From: Planctomycetota bacterium
GTDB lineage: Bacteria; Planctomycetota; UBA8108; UBA1146
Assembly: GCA_036338595.1 (NCBI GenBank)
Contig: JAYZBV010000058.1
Location: 1 to 16,103, forward strand
DNA: 16,103 nt
Direction of reading: 5' to 3'
In this document: positions 1-8,943 of the stretch, one piece after another
Position numbering within the stretch: position 1 is the first letter of the stretch
Layout: each line of letters begins with the position of its first letter
Translations under genes and position numbers: made by a program
The notes under the pieces: generated by a model
Databases searched by the model: none
Told to the model about the DNA's origin: nothing
Seen by the model: the letters and a program-made list of their open reading frames with translations, nothing else

Positions 1-458
1 ATGCAACTCTTGAGGATCAGCACCGGCGCGTCGGTGACCTGCCCCACATGGTGCCCGATGCCGATCTCGGGGCCGATGTTGCTGTTCGTGATGGTCATCC
101 ACTCGTTGTTGAAGGACTTCATGTTGCCGGTACCGCTCCCCATGACGCGCGCGTTGCGAACGTCTTTGCGCACGGTCCAGTTGCCAGCGTCGTCGACGAG
201 GTAGGGGTACTTGCCTTTCTGCTGGACTGCGTGCGTCAGGGAACCCGCCTTGTCGGCGGAGCCGATCTTACCGAAGCCCAGCATGTTGGACTGCCCCATC
301 AGGATGAACACCTGGACCGGTTTGGACATGTTTGCGGGCCTGCCATCGGGATCGGGCAGTGGCTTCGGCGTGTCCGCAACAAGAACGGAGAAGGTCAATA
401 CCATCGCCAATACGGCGGTCAGGGTTGGAACGGTCTTCGCCCGGGTTCTCTTGTCCAT
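1..458 (-). CDS. Secreted SGNH-type esterase, sialate O-acetylesterase (SASA)-like domain; 5' part only, runs off the left edge
   Basis: Not in the ORF track because it has no stop in the window. Manual translation from ATG at 458 gives MDKRTRAKTVPTLTAVLAMVLTFSVLVADTPKPLPDPDGRPANMSKPVQVFILMGQSNMLGFG...NIGPEIGIGHHVGQVTDAPVLILKSC. GQSNM and GPEIG...PVLILK match SASA/CE6-type motifs. Signal-like N-terminus; SD AAGGAG at 470-465. Confidence 0.85.
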   Translation of the reverse strand, partial: MDKRTRAKTVPTLTAVLAMVLTFSVLVADTPKPLPDPDGRPANMSKPVQVFILMGQSNMLGFGKIGSADKAGSLTHAVQQKGKYPYLVDDAGNWTVRKDVRNARVMGSGTGNMKSFNNEWMTITNSNIGPEIGIGHHVGQVTDAPVLILKSC

Positions 459-531
459 GAATCGCTCCTTAATATTGAGTATCGAGTGTGGTGATTGTCA
501 CCTGCCCTCCGCGGCGACTCAATGCCGGAGC

Positions 532-2424
532 CTACCTCCGACCTGCCCTGACGGATCTCCTGAACGCTGATTTCCCACCGACGATCGGCAGTTCGAGCGA
601 AGTGGCATCGAGATCGACGCTCAACTCGGTGCCCGGCTCGGGCCACAGCGTGAAATCTCGGTCGCTCGAGAAGATCATCAACCCGAGGCGTTGGCCGACC
701 GGGATGATCTGATCGTCCGGTTGCAATTCAAAACTCAACTCGTAAAACTTGCCCGGTTCGAGCGGCTCGCTGTCGGTCAACGACTCATGATTCTGCGGAT
801 CGGCCCAACCTCGGGTGACGATGTTGCTGGTGATCTTTCGAGTCGATTCATCCCACGGCAGCGAAACCAACCAGACGGACAGATTTGCCGCCGGTTTGCT
901 ACTGGCGAGACGGATGTTGAGACGGGCAAGTCCCGACAGGTGCAGTGGTGCCCGCAATTCGGGCGTCGTGAACAGCAGCCGGTGCTCCGACAGCCTTGCT
1001 CTGGCCAGTTCCTCGCCGCTCACAGAAGCATCATCGATGAGCGTTGAGACACCCTGTTTGCCACGGCTCGAGAGCGACAGCGTACCCGGTCGCCCCTCCC
1101 TGTTGCGAGGATGCAGAGGAACAGGCTTCGCCTTTGGATTCGGAAAGTCGGCATATGCAGTGGGCTCGCTGCGCTCGTCATCTTCACGAACGATCCACGC
1201 TTTGGGACCGTTCTCGACGCCGTTTTTCACGCCGTAGAGATAGTGACTGAACCAGCGATTCATCATCTCCAGCGGCGGTCTGCCGCCGTGTCCACCCTGG
1301 TGGTAGTAGATCTGAGCGGGGATGCCCATCTTGCGGACGGCGTTGTAGATGCGCCAGCTGTGCTCCGGCATCACATTCCAGTCATTGAAGGCATGCGCCA
1401 TCAACATCGCGGCTCGCATCGGCCCAAGATCGTTGATGTAATCTCTTCCGGCCCAGAACTCGTTGTAATCCCCGGTCTTGCGATCAAAGCCCATCAACAT
1501 CTCTTCATCTCGCACGTTGCAATCGCAGTACTCCCGTCGCTCGGGATCGCCACTATTGATCCAGTCGTACAGAACATCGATGTCCTCGCCGATGTAGCCA
1601 CCGGGATGCCGGACCAGACCGTGCGAACGGTAATAGTGATAGTAGGACGTGTTGGGTGCGATGGGGATGATCACCTCTAACCCCTCGACGCCGGTGGTCG
1701 CAGCAGCAAGCGGAATCGTGCCGTCGTAGGAAGTGCCAGTCATACCCACTTTCCCGGTACACCAGGTGGCGACCACTTCTTCGTCGCCATCGGGAGTCGT
1801 GTAGCCGCTGGCACGACCGTTGAGCCAGTCGATGACCGCCTTCGGACCCAGCGACTCGTTGTCACCACCGACCGTCGGGCAGCCTTGCGAAAGGCCAGTA
1901 CCCGGAGACGCCGAGTGCACCACGGCGAAGCCTCGCGGTACCCAGCGCTCGATCTGACGCTCGGACATCAGTGGTCGCTTGCTCTGATATTCCATCCGTG
2001 GCGGAGACTCGTGCATCGGCGGCGTCTGACCGACCTCCTGTCGTGGGTCCCAGGAGTACTTCGCATCGTTGGCACCGGTTCCAGAGAAGTATGGGCTGGA
2101 CTCGTAGATCACCGGGACCTTGAGACCCTCTGTCTTGGTCTGGAGCTGTCGGGTGACATCGACGTGCATGCGGTCGAGTTTGCCATCCCCATCGGTATCG
2201 AAGGTGGTCTCGACCCACAGATCGTGTTGGATCCACTGCTCTGCGTCAGCGAACTCCTCGACGATCTGGGCCTGGCCATCCTTGAACAGCGCTCGTGCAG
2301 GTTTCGCCTGTTGCGACTGTTGCGGATTCGCAGCCAGGGGTAGCCGATGCACTGTGCTGGACTGGCACCCGAGAAGGACCAGCATGCACAGATACGCCAG
2401 GCACTGGATGAAAAACGAAATCAT
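532..2424 (-). CDS. pepX: Xaa-Pro dipeptidyl-peptidase (peptidase S15, CocE/NonD superfamily), probable lipoprotein
   Basis: 630 aa. WVETTFDTDGDGKLDRMHVDV N-terminal motif, nucleophile GTSYDG, HAFNDWNV (Asp), HQGGHG (His), C-terminal TRGWADPQN...LEPGKFY PepX_C-type domain. Lipobox-like LLGC after a hydrophobic stretch. Confidence 0.88.
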   Translation of the reverse strand: MISFFIQCLAYLCMLVLLGCQSSTVHRLPLAANPQQSQQAKPARALFKDGQAQIVEEFADAEQWIQHDLWVETTFDTDGDGKLDRMHVDVTRQLQTKTEGLKVPVIYESSPYFSGTGANDAKYSWDPRQEVGQTPPMHESPPRMEYQSKRPLMSERQIERWVPRGFAVVHSASPGTGLSQGCPTVGGDNESLGPKAVIDWLNGRASGYTTPDGDEEVVATWCTGKVGMTGTSYDGTIPLAAATTGVEGLEVIIPIAPNTSYYHYYRSHGLVRHPGGYIGEDIDVLYDWINSGDPERREYCDCNVRDEEMLMGFDRKTGDYNEFWAGRDYINDLGPMRAAMLMAHAFNDWNVMPEHSWRIYNAVRKMGIPAQIYYHQGGHGGRPPLEMMNRWFSHYLYGVKNGVENGPKAWIVREDDERSEPTAYADFPNPKAKPVPLHPRNREGRPGTLSLSSRGKQGVSTLIDDASVSGEELARARLSEHRLLFTTPELRAPLHLSGLARLNIRLASSKPAANLSVWLVSLPWDESTRKITSNIVTRGWADPQNHESLTDSEPLEPGKFYELSFELQPDDQIIPVGQRLGLMIFSSDRDFTLWPEPGTELSVDLDATSLELPIVGGKSAFRRSVRAGRR

Positions 2425-2453
2425 GTTGCGGACTCCCTGATCAACGACCCCTG

Positions 2454-2474
2454 GTAATGATCCCCGTAATGATC
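2454..2474. repeat. 9-bp direct repeat GTAATGATC x2 (12-bp period) in the divergent pepX/DPP IV intergenic region
   Basis: GTAATGATC at 2454-2462 and 2466-2474, 30-50 bp upstream of the pepX start. Confidence 0.5.
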
Positions 2475-2765
2475 ACCGGGCATTGAGGCCCGGATCGGTG
2501 CGGGGGTCGAAGAGCCTTATGGTTGGGGCCCGGGCCCTGCGATGCAATACAGGTCCCCCGCACAGAAATCGCCATTTGTATGCTCATCGACACGATTCCA
2601 AGGGGATCGCTACGCCACGGCGGGCCATCGGGATCGAAAAGGACCGGGAACTGCTACCGGCGATGTCGCCTGCCTGTACTTGACGCATGCTCCATCTCGG
2701 TCGACCATCACCGCTTGCTCAATCCGAAATTCAGGCATAGTGCAGCAGCACCAAAGGAGTCCTCG

Positions 2766-4859
2766 ATGCGTTCCCATTCGAACTTCCCGGGGTTAGTTCT
2801 GGCCATGATCCTGGCCCTGTTCAGCGTCGATGTTGTCACTGCAAGCAGCGCAGATCCGGATCCGCGAGCAGGGCTCGTCACTGCCGTCGAATGGAGTGAG
2901 GATGGGCAGTACCTTTCCTACACCAACCTGGGAACCCGCCATCGAATTCACATGATGACAGGTGTGCGGGAAGATCTTGGCAAGGCAAAGGATGTCGATG
3001 AGCCTCCAAGGCGCAGAACTCGACGGGGCCGCGGCGGCGGTGGTGGTGGCCAGACCGGCACCTATGTCGGTCGACCCACGCGGGGTCGTCAGTACACCCA
3101 GGTCGATTCCCCCAATGGTCGCTGGGAAGCGCATTACGAGAAGTGGAATGTCGTACTCAAGGAAAAGGACACCGGCGAGTCGATCGCCGTCACCATCTCC
3201 GGAAATGAAGATATTCACTACGGCACTGCCAGCTGGGTTTACGGCGAAGAACTGGGGCAAAACCGAGCGATGTGGTGGACGCCCGATTCGCAGAAGCTGC
3301 TTTTTTACAGGTTCGATGATACCGGTGTGCAACCGTTTCACCTCGTGACCGGCTGGTCAAAGTTCAATACCGTTCACTACCCGGAGAACTACCCCAAGGC
3401 CGGTGCCAAGAATCCCGGCGCCGAGTTGATGGTGTACGATCTCGCTTCCCAGAAAATCACCCGTATCGATGTCGGCGGTGGCTCCGAGGAATACATCTAC
3501 AACATCCGGACCTCTCCCGATGGAGCCGTGATGCTGGTCAACTGGACCGATCGATTGCAACAACACCTCAAGGTGATGGCGATCGATCTCGAAACAGGAG
3601 ACTGCCGTCTGGTGGTCGAAGAGGAGCAGGAGACCTGGCAGAGCAACAGTCCCAGCATGCGCTACCTGGCCGACAACCAGCGCTTCATCTGGACCAGCGA
3701 GCGCTCCGGGTTCAGCCACTACGAACTACGCAATCTAGATGGCGAACTGGTCAACAATGTAACGAGTGGAGACTTCCAGACTGCTGGCATCGACTTCGTG
3801 GATGAGGAAAAGGGGCAGATCGGTTTTCGCGCTTACAGCTCGCAAAAAAACCCCTACTACATGCAGTATCACATCGCCGACCTCGATGGAGAAAACCACC
3901 GCCGCGTCACGACCCTTGACTTCCATCACTCAATTTTCCATCTGTCTCCCGATAAGAAGTGGCTCGTCGCCCAGTACGAAGAGGTCAACACTCCACCATC
4001 CACGGCCCTCTACAGCACCGATGGAAGACTGGTCGCCAAGCTGGCCGAGTCTGATCCAGCGGCTGCTGCCAATATCGCCGAGATGTTCAAATTTCGCTCC
4101 AGCGATGATCAGCATGACATCTATGGCATCCTCTACAAACCGAAGGACTTCGATCCGACCCAGCAGTACGCCATCATCAACTCTCTTTATGGTGGCCCCG
4201 GTTCCAATGAGATCTCGGCGCGCTACGCACCAAACCCTCGTTCAGAGAACAATCGTGGTTACCTGGTGGTCAAGGTCAACAATCGTGGCACTGGAAATCG
4301 AGGCAAGGCGTTCCTCGGCGCGGCCTACCTGCGCCTGGGAGACATCGACATCCAGGATCATGCCGATGCGATCCGGATGTTGCGTGAGCGCCCCTATGTG
4401 GACGGTTCGCGCGTTGGCATCGTCGGGTTTTCCTACGGTGGATACATGTCAGCGATGGGAATTCTGAAACATCCAGATGTCTACACCGCAGCGGTCAACG
4501 GTTCGGGAGTCACGGACTGGCGCCACTACGACACCATCTACACCGAGCGCTACATGAGCACTCCCCAGCTCAACCCGGATGGCTACGACATCGGGCGCGC
4601 CACACGCGAGGATTACGTCGAAAACTTCAAGGAGGCGGGAGGGCACCTGTTGATCATGCACGGAATGGTCGATGACAATGTGCACCCCAATAATGCCTTC
4701 CAGTTGATCGACGCTCTCGACAAGGGGGGAGCCCCGTACGAGAGTCGCTTCTTCCCCAACAACGGTCACGGTCTCGGGCGCGGAGCCGGATCGACCCAGT
4801 GGGAGTTCTTCGACAGGGTACTGAGACCCGATTTCAGGGGCCGGAGAACCTCTCTTTGA
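2766..4859 (+). CDS. Dipeptidyl peptidase IV-like serine peptidase (S9B), secreted
   Basis: DPP IV propeller motifs (WVYGEEL, WWTPDS, YPKAGAKNP), YGGPGS, nucleophile GFSYGG, YDTIYTERYM, HGMVDDNVH (Asp), NNGHG (His). Start reassigned to ATG 2766, which follows SD AAGGAG and begins a signal peptide (MRSHSNFPGLVLAMILALFSV). Confidence 0.92.
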   Translation: MRSHSNFPGLVLAMILALFSVDVVTASSADPDPRAGLVTAVEWSEDGQYLSYTNLGTRHRIHMMTGVREDLGKAKDVDEPPRRRTRRGRGGGGGGQTGTYVGRPTRGRQYTQVDSPNGRWEAHYEKWNVVLKEKDTGESIAVTISGNEDIHYGTASWVYGEELGQNRAMWWTPDSQKLLFYRFDDTGVQPFHLVTGWSKFNTVHYPENYPKAGAKNPGAELMVYDLASQKITRIDVGGGSEEYIYNIRTSPDGAVMLVNWTDRLQQHLKVMAIDLETGDCRLVVEEEQETWQSNSPSMRYLADNQRFIWTSERSGFSHYELRNLDGELVNNVTSGDFQTAGIDFVDEEKGQIGFRAYSSQKNPYYMQYHIADLDGENHRRVTTLDFHHSIFHLSPDKKWLVAQYEEVNTPPSTALYSTDGRLVAKLAESDPAAAANIAEMFKFRSSDDQHDIYGILYKPKDFDPTQQYAIINSLYGGPGSNEISARYAPNPRSENNRGYLVVKVNNRGTGNRGKAFLGAAYLRLGDIDIQDHADAIRMLRERPYVDGSRVGIVGFSYGGYMSAMGILKHPDVYTAAVNGSGVTDWRHYDTIYTERYMSTPQLNPDGYDIGRATREDYVENFKEAGGHLLIMHGMVDDNVHPNNAFQLIDALDKGGAPYESRFFPNNGHGLGRGAGSTQWEFFDRVLRPDFRGRRTSL

Positions 4860-4950
4860 GGCATCGACAGCGCTGATCGGCAACATCTGGCCTCCTCGGA
4901 CGTGTTATTGCACAACCGATCAGGACCTGTGGGGTTACCACCGCACCCGG

Positions 4951-4956
4951 TATAAT
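4951..4956 (+). promoter_or_regulatory. Candidate sigma70 -10 element for the arylsulfotransferase/flavoprotein transcript
   Basis: Perfect TATAAT in a GC-rich intergenic region, about 30 nt upstream of ATG 4985. No convincing -35 at 17 bp spacing. Confidence 0.3.
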
Positions 4957-4984
4957 CGATGGTTGGATCGGCAATCTTCAGGGC

Positions 4985-6922
4985 ATGAAAGGTGTGGTGA
5001 TGATCCTCATGAGACGATTCCTCTCCATCCTGTTGGTGGGATTTCCACTGCTCCTCTGCGCTGACGAGGGAGACCAGACGGTCGGTTGGTTCCATGACCA
5101 GATCGCCACTTACGGCGGCTACACCTTCTTCGCCCCTGGTCGCTCAACCACCACCTATCTCGTCGATGGGATCGGACGGGTCGTGCACAGCTGGCCCAGC
5201 AATTTCAACCCCGGCAACTCCGCATACCTTCTCGACGGCGGCGACATCCTCAGAGCTGCGCGCATACCGGGAAACCCACCGATGGCGGCGGGGGGGGTCG
5301 GCGGCCGTGTCGAACGAATCGCCTGGGACGGCACCTTGCTGTGGCAGTTCGAGTACTCCAGCACTCAAGTTCAACATCATCATGATGTGGAGCCACTGCC
5401 CAACGGAAATGTGCTGATGGTCGCCTGGGAATTGAAGACCGCTGCAGAGGCGCTCGCAGCAGGGCGAGATCCCGCTCTACTCTCCGACAACGAGTTGTGG
5501 CCCGATCACATCATCGAGATCGAGCCTACCGGCAATGTCGGTGGAAATATCGTCTGGGAATGGCACGCCTGGGACCATCTCGTCCAGGAGTTCGATCCCA
5601 CCCGGGACAATTACGATGTTGTGGCAGACCACCCGGAGAAGATCGACATCAATTTCGGCGGCGGGGCCAACAATGCCGATTGGCTTCATGTCAACAGCAT
5701 CGATTACAACCCCGAACTCGATCAGATCTTGCTCAGCGTCCCGACTTTTGCAGAGGTCTGGATCATCGACCATAGCACCACCACCGCCGAGGCTGCTGGA
5801 AGCAGTGGAGGAAACTCCGGGCAAGGCGGTGACCTGCTCTACCGCTGGGGAAATCCACGTTCCTATCAGGCGGGTACTTTCGCTGACCAGGTCTTCTACT
5901 TCCAGCATTGCGCCGAGTGGATCTCTCCCGGTCTGCCAGGAGCGGGAAATGTCATCGTCTTCAACAACGGTGTCAATCGGCCGGGAGGAAATGCATCTTC
6001 CTCCGACGAGTTCATTCCTCCCATCGATGCTGCTGGAAATTATGTGCTGAATCCAGGAAACGCATTTGGTCCTGCTGCGCTGGAATGGACCTACATGGCC
6101 CCGGTCCCCACCGACCTGTACGGACGCATTCTGGGTGGAGTTCAGCGACTCCCCAATGGCAATACCATCCTCTGTGAAGGAGCCCACGGCAATTTCATCG
6201 AGGTGACCGACGCTGGCGACGAGGTGTGGCGCTATGTCAATCCCATCGGTCCGGGGGGACCCTACAACCAGGGGCAAACGGTCCCGTCCACTCCCAATGC
6301 TGGCGACAATGCCACCTTTCGTGCACAACGTTACGGCACTTCTTCACCCCAACTTCTCGGTCTCGATCTGACTCCTGGCGCACCCATCGAGTTCTACCCG
6401 ACGCTCGGTGATTTCGATAACAGCGGTACCGTCTCGACTCTCGATGCCAATTGCTTCAGTGCCGTCTTCACCGGACCTTGTTCCAGCGACCCTTGCTCTG
6501 AGCCGATATTTAGCAGCGCGATGGCGTTTTTCGGCGATTTCGATCTCGATGGGGATGTCGATTGCACCGACTGGGACAGTTTTGTTGGCGCCTGGGATGG
6601 TCCCCCTGCCGCTCCTCCCGATCTGGGAGCCTGTAGTAGCAGCGGCGATCCTCAGTTCACTCGCGGAGATGCCAATCTGGATTCGACCATCAACATCGCC
6701 GATGTGGTGACGATCCTCGGCTATCTGTTCCAGGGACAGGGGGCCGATTGCCTGCTGAGCATCGACACCAATGACGATGAATCGAACGACATCAGTGATG
6801 CGATCGCACTGCTCGCATTGCTCTTTGGCGGAGGCCAGAGCTTGCCCGCTCCCTATCCTGCCTGTGGCCCCGATGGGACCCCGACAGGCACCCTCTCCTG
6901 TGAGATCAGCATCTGTCCCTGA
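4985..6922 (+). CDS. Arylsulfotransferase (ASST)-family beta-propeller protein with C-terminal dockerin-like/EF-hand modules, secreted
   Basis: Signal peptide (start may be 5009, MRRFLSILL). ASST-type motifs QHHHDVEPLPNGNVL, WEWHAWDH, DWLHVNSIDY, LYRWGNP, FQHCA, VQRLPNGNTILCEG. C-terminal GDFDNSG/GDFDLDGDVD pair and FTRGDANLDSTINIAD/DTNDDESNDISD pair. Confidence 0.82.
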   Translation: MKGVVMILMRRFLSILLVGFPLLLCADEGDQTVGWFHDQIATYGGYTFFAPGRSTTTYLVDGIGRVVHSWPSNFNPGNSAYLLDGGDILRAARIPGNPPMAAGGVGGRVERIAWDGTLLWQFEYSSTQVQHHHDVEPLPNGNVLMVAWELKTAAEALAAGRDPALLSDNELWPDHIIEIEPTGNVGGNIVWEWHAWDHLVQEFDPTRDNYDVVADHPEKIDINFGGGANNADWLHVNSIDYNPELDQILLSVPTFAEVWIIDHSTTTAEAAGSSGGNSGQGGDLLYRWGNPRSYQAGTFADQVFYFQHCAEWISPGLPGAGNVIVFNNGVNRPGGNASSSDEFIPPIDAAGNYVLNPGNAFGPAALEWTYMAPVPTDLYGRILGGVQRLPNGNTILCEGAHGNFIEVTDAGDEVWRYVNPIGPGGPYNQGQTVPSTPNAGDNATFRAQRYGTSSPQLLGLDLTPGAPIEFYPTLGDFDNSGTVSTLDANCFSAVFTGPCSSDPCSEPIFSSAMAFFGDFDLDGDVDCTDWDSFVGAWDGPPAAPPDLGACSSSGDPQFTRGDANLDSTINIADVVTILGYLFQGQGADCLLSIDTNDDESNDISDAIALLALLFGGGQSLPAPYPACGPDGTPTGTLSCEISICP

Positions 6923-6934
6923 ACGAGGAGGCTC

Positions 6935-8323
6935 TTGAGCACCGAACGGGAAGTGTTGGTGGTCGGTGGCGGTCCGACCGGCTCCATCGTTGCCACGATG
7001 CTGGCACAAAGCGGCCACCAGGTACTGCTCGTGTGCGAAGAGCGACGCGAGGGCGGATTGCCGGTCGAGACGGTGGTTCCCGGTGCGAGCACCACCCTTG
7101 AACGCCTGGGACTCTCCTGCGCAGTCGGTGAGTGCGCCATTCCAGGACCTGCTCGCCATGGTCGATGCTGGTCGAGTTCCGCACTCGACATCGAGGATCT
7201 CGATGACTCCCAGCGCGGTTGGCGATTCCTCCGTCCTGCTCTCGACCGATGGCTCAGAGCGCGCGCCAGGGAATCTGGCGTCGAGGTGATGCAAGCCACG
7301 CGCGCAACGAGTCCCTTGCCGATGACTGGCTGCGGCGAGGTGAAGCTGGAGCAAGCGGGGCGCACCATCACGATCGAAACGGGCCTCGTGATCGCTGCGA
7401 CCGGCCGAGCCTCGGGATCGCCACTGCTACCGGTCGAGGTGGTCGATCGCCTTCCCGATATGATTGCCATCAGCACCGTCGTCGACGGTACGCCCGCCGA
7501 TGCGGATGCATCGGTGGTGGAGGCGGTCGCTGAAGGGTGGATCTGGTGGCTTCCCTTCGCCGATGGAAGATCGAGCCTGGCACTCTTCTGTGATCCGGCA
7601 GAGGTCCGAACTCGAGGTCGCGATGCGGTGTGGACCTCGGCGATGAGCGCAGCTGTGGGCCCCGCCGCCACGGTCGAGTCGGCCCGGTTGCGTGGCACGC
7701 TGGCCACCGCTCGGCTGCATCGGGCCACCGGGAACCTGTTGCTGGCCGGAGACGCCATCAGCGCCATCGATCCCCTCTCCAGTCAGGGACTGGAGAAGGC
7801 ACTGGTCTCGGCAGAATCGACCGCGATGGCCGCTCGAACGGTACTGATCGGAAACTCCGATCTGGAAACGATGGTCGAGGCTCGTGGGCGCTGGGAGCGG
7901 CGCCTGTTCCGGATGCACCGACAGCGAGCTGTCGATCTGTATCGCTCTGAAGCTCGCTTCCCCGAACACCCCTTCTGGAGTACTCGTCACCTACTGGCGG
8001 AATCCAGGTCGCCGGAGTCGTCGGTGCCTACCGGCCGACTCACCCCTGCTTCCGATCTGCTGCAGTCGCCGCGCTGGGTCCCCGATGGGGATCGACTGGT
8101 CGCCCGCGATGGTCTGCGCCTCTCCAGCAGTGACGAGGAATCCATCGATCAGATCGGATCGATCCCGACCGGAGTCCTGATGGAACTGGTCGGAGACGGC
8201 ATCGAGATGCGGCATCTGCACCAACGAGTCGCCGAAGTGCCGTACTTCATCGACCAGACTCCCGACAGTCTGAGGAAAATCCTGCAGGAGATGTGTCGTC
8301 TCGGATTACTCGTCGAGGGTTAG
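6935..8323 (+). CDS. qhpG: FAD-dependent monooxygenase, probable QhpG-type Trp hydroxylase for CTQ biogenesis (LodB/halogenase-like fold)
   Basis: TTG start after SD GAGGAGG. Rossmann VLVVGGGPTG, IAATGR, GDAISAIDPLSSQG, YRSEARFPEHPFW, plus a small C-terminal extra domain. Abuts qhpE. The gene symbol rests on fold plus context. Confidence 0.72.
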   Translation: MSTEREVLVVGGGPTGSIVATMLAQSGHQVLLVCEERREGGLPVETVVPGASTTLERLGLSCAVGECAIPGPARHGRCWSSSALDIEDLDDSQRGWRFLRPALDRWLRARARESGVEVMQATRATSPLPMTGCGEVKLEQAGRTITIETGLVIAATGRASGSPLLPVEVVDRLPDMIAISTVVDGTPADADASVVEAVAEGWIWWLPFADGRSSLALFCDPAEVRTRGRDAVWTSAMSAAVGPAATVESARLRGTLATARLHRATGNLLLAGDAISAIDPLSSQGLEKALVSAESTAMAARTVLIGNSDLETMVEARGRWERRLFRMHRQRAVDLYRSEARFPEHPFWSTRHLLAESRSPESSVPTGRLTPASDLLQSPRWVPDGDRLVARDGLRLSSSDEESIDQIGSIPTGVLMELVGDGIEMRHLHQRVAEVPYFIDQTPDSLRKILQEMCRLGLLVEG

Positions 8324-8943
8324 CGACGGCTGGCGAGGTAGCCGGTCAAATTCGCGGCAGCCAGGCTGACCCCCGATAGGTTTGCCGCCGCAGGAAGCCG
8401 CGGCAGATCGCGCGGGTGAGGCGATGCGAACCAGACCTTCCGGTCACCCTGAGTTCTCTGCTGCGGCTCATTCCTGGCGAGTGAATCATCGACGAGCACA
8501 CCGTGGCACCCCGGTAGCATCCCTGGATAACAGGGCAACTCTCCGATGGCGGCGGGAGCCACCACCTCTATTCCTCTCTCCGTTGCCTTCGCCAGCATCT
8601 GTTCGAGGTCTCCGCATCGGGAAGGGCGGGTCGTCCCCAGGCTCAGGTTGATCCACTGCACGTCACTGGAGATGGCGTGATCGAGTGCTGCGAGTAACCG
8701 GGGAAAGGGGCATCGGGGTTGGTCCCTGAAAATTCTCAGCGACAAGATGGTGCTGCCGGGTGCCAGGTCGAGGATCGCTGCAGCGGCGCAGGTGCCATGG
8801 CCGAGCCGATCGGATGGATCTGGATCGTCGATCCACTGGTCATCATCATCGAGGATCGGTCCATGGATCACCTCACCTCGATCAAGGATGTGAGGATGCT
8901 GGTCGTTGACGCCACTATCGAGCAATGCGATGGAGACGGTCAT
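8320..8943 (-). CDS. qhpE: Small subtilisin-like (S8) serine protease, QhpE-type leader peptidase
   Basis: 207 aa, no signal or propeptide. Triad motifs IALLDSG (D), LGHGT (H), SGVSLAA (S), plus INLSLG. ATGA overlap with the qhpB stop at 8940-8943. Confidence 0.88.
   Translation of the reverse strand: MTVSIALLDSGVNDQHPHILDRGEVIHGPILDDDDQWIDDPDPSDRLGHGTCAAAAILDLAPGSTILSLRIFRDQPRCPFPRLLAALDHAISSDVQWINLSLGTTRPSRCGDLEQMLAKATERGIEVVAPAAIGELPCYPGMLPGCHGVLVDDSLARNEPQQRTQGDRKVWFASPHPRDLPRLPAAANLSGVSLAAANLTGYLASRR

Noticed and set aside
48..570. Plus-strand ORFs of 148 and 119 aa
   Set aside because: Shadows of the minus-strand esterase gene, which has clear motifs and an SD.
2453..2471. Fur-box resemblance of the TAATGAT repeat
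   Set aside because: Only the left half matches and there is no inverted symmetry.
2523..2765. 81-aa N-terminal extension of the DPP IV ORF in the track
   Set aside because: The SD and signal peptide point to ATG 2766; the upstream translation looks like non-coding sequence.
532..4859. Idea that the dipeptidyl peptidases trim the QhpC leader
   Set aside because: A dedicated QhpE is present, the leader lacks Xaa-Pro/Ala dipeptide repeats, and the genes are separate transcription units.
5477..7990. Long minus-strand ORFs (283, 336, 304 and 187 aa)
   Set aside because: Antisense shadows of the ASST and flavoprotein genes, expected in GC-rich DNA.
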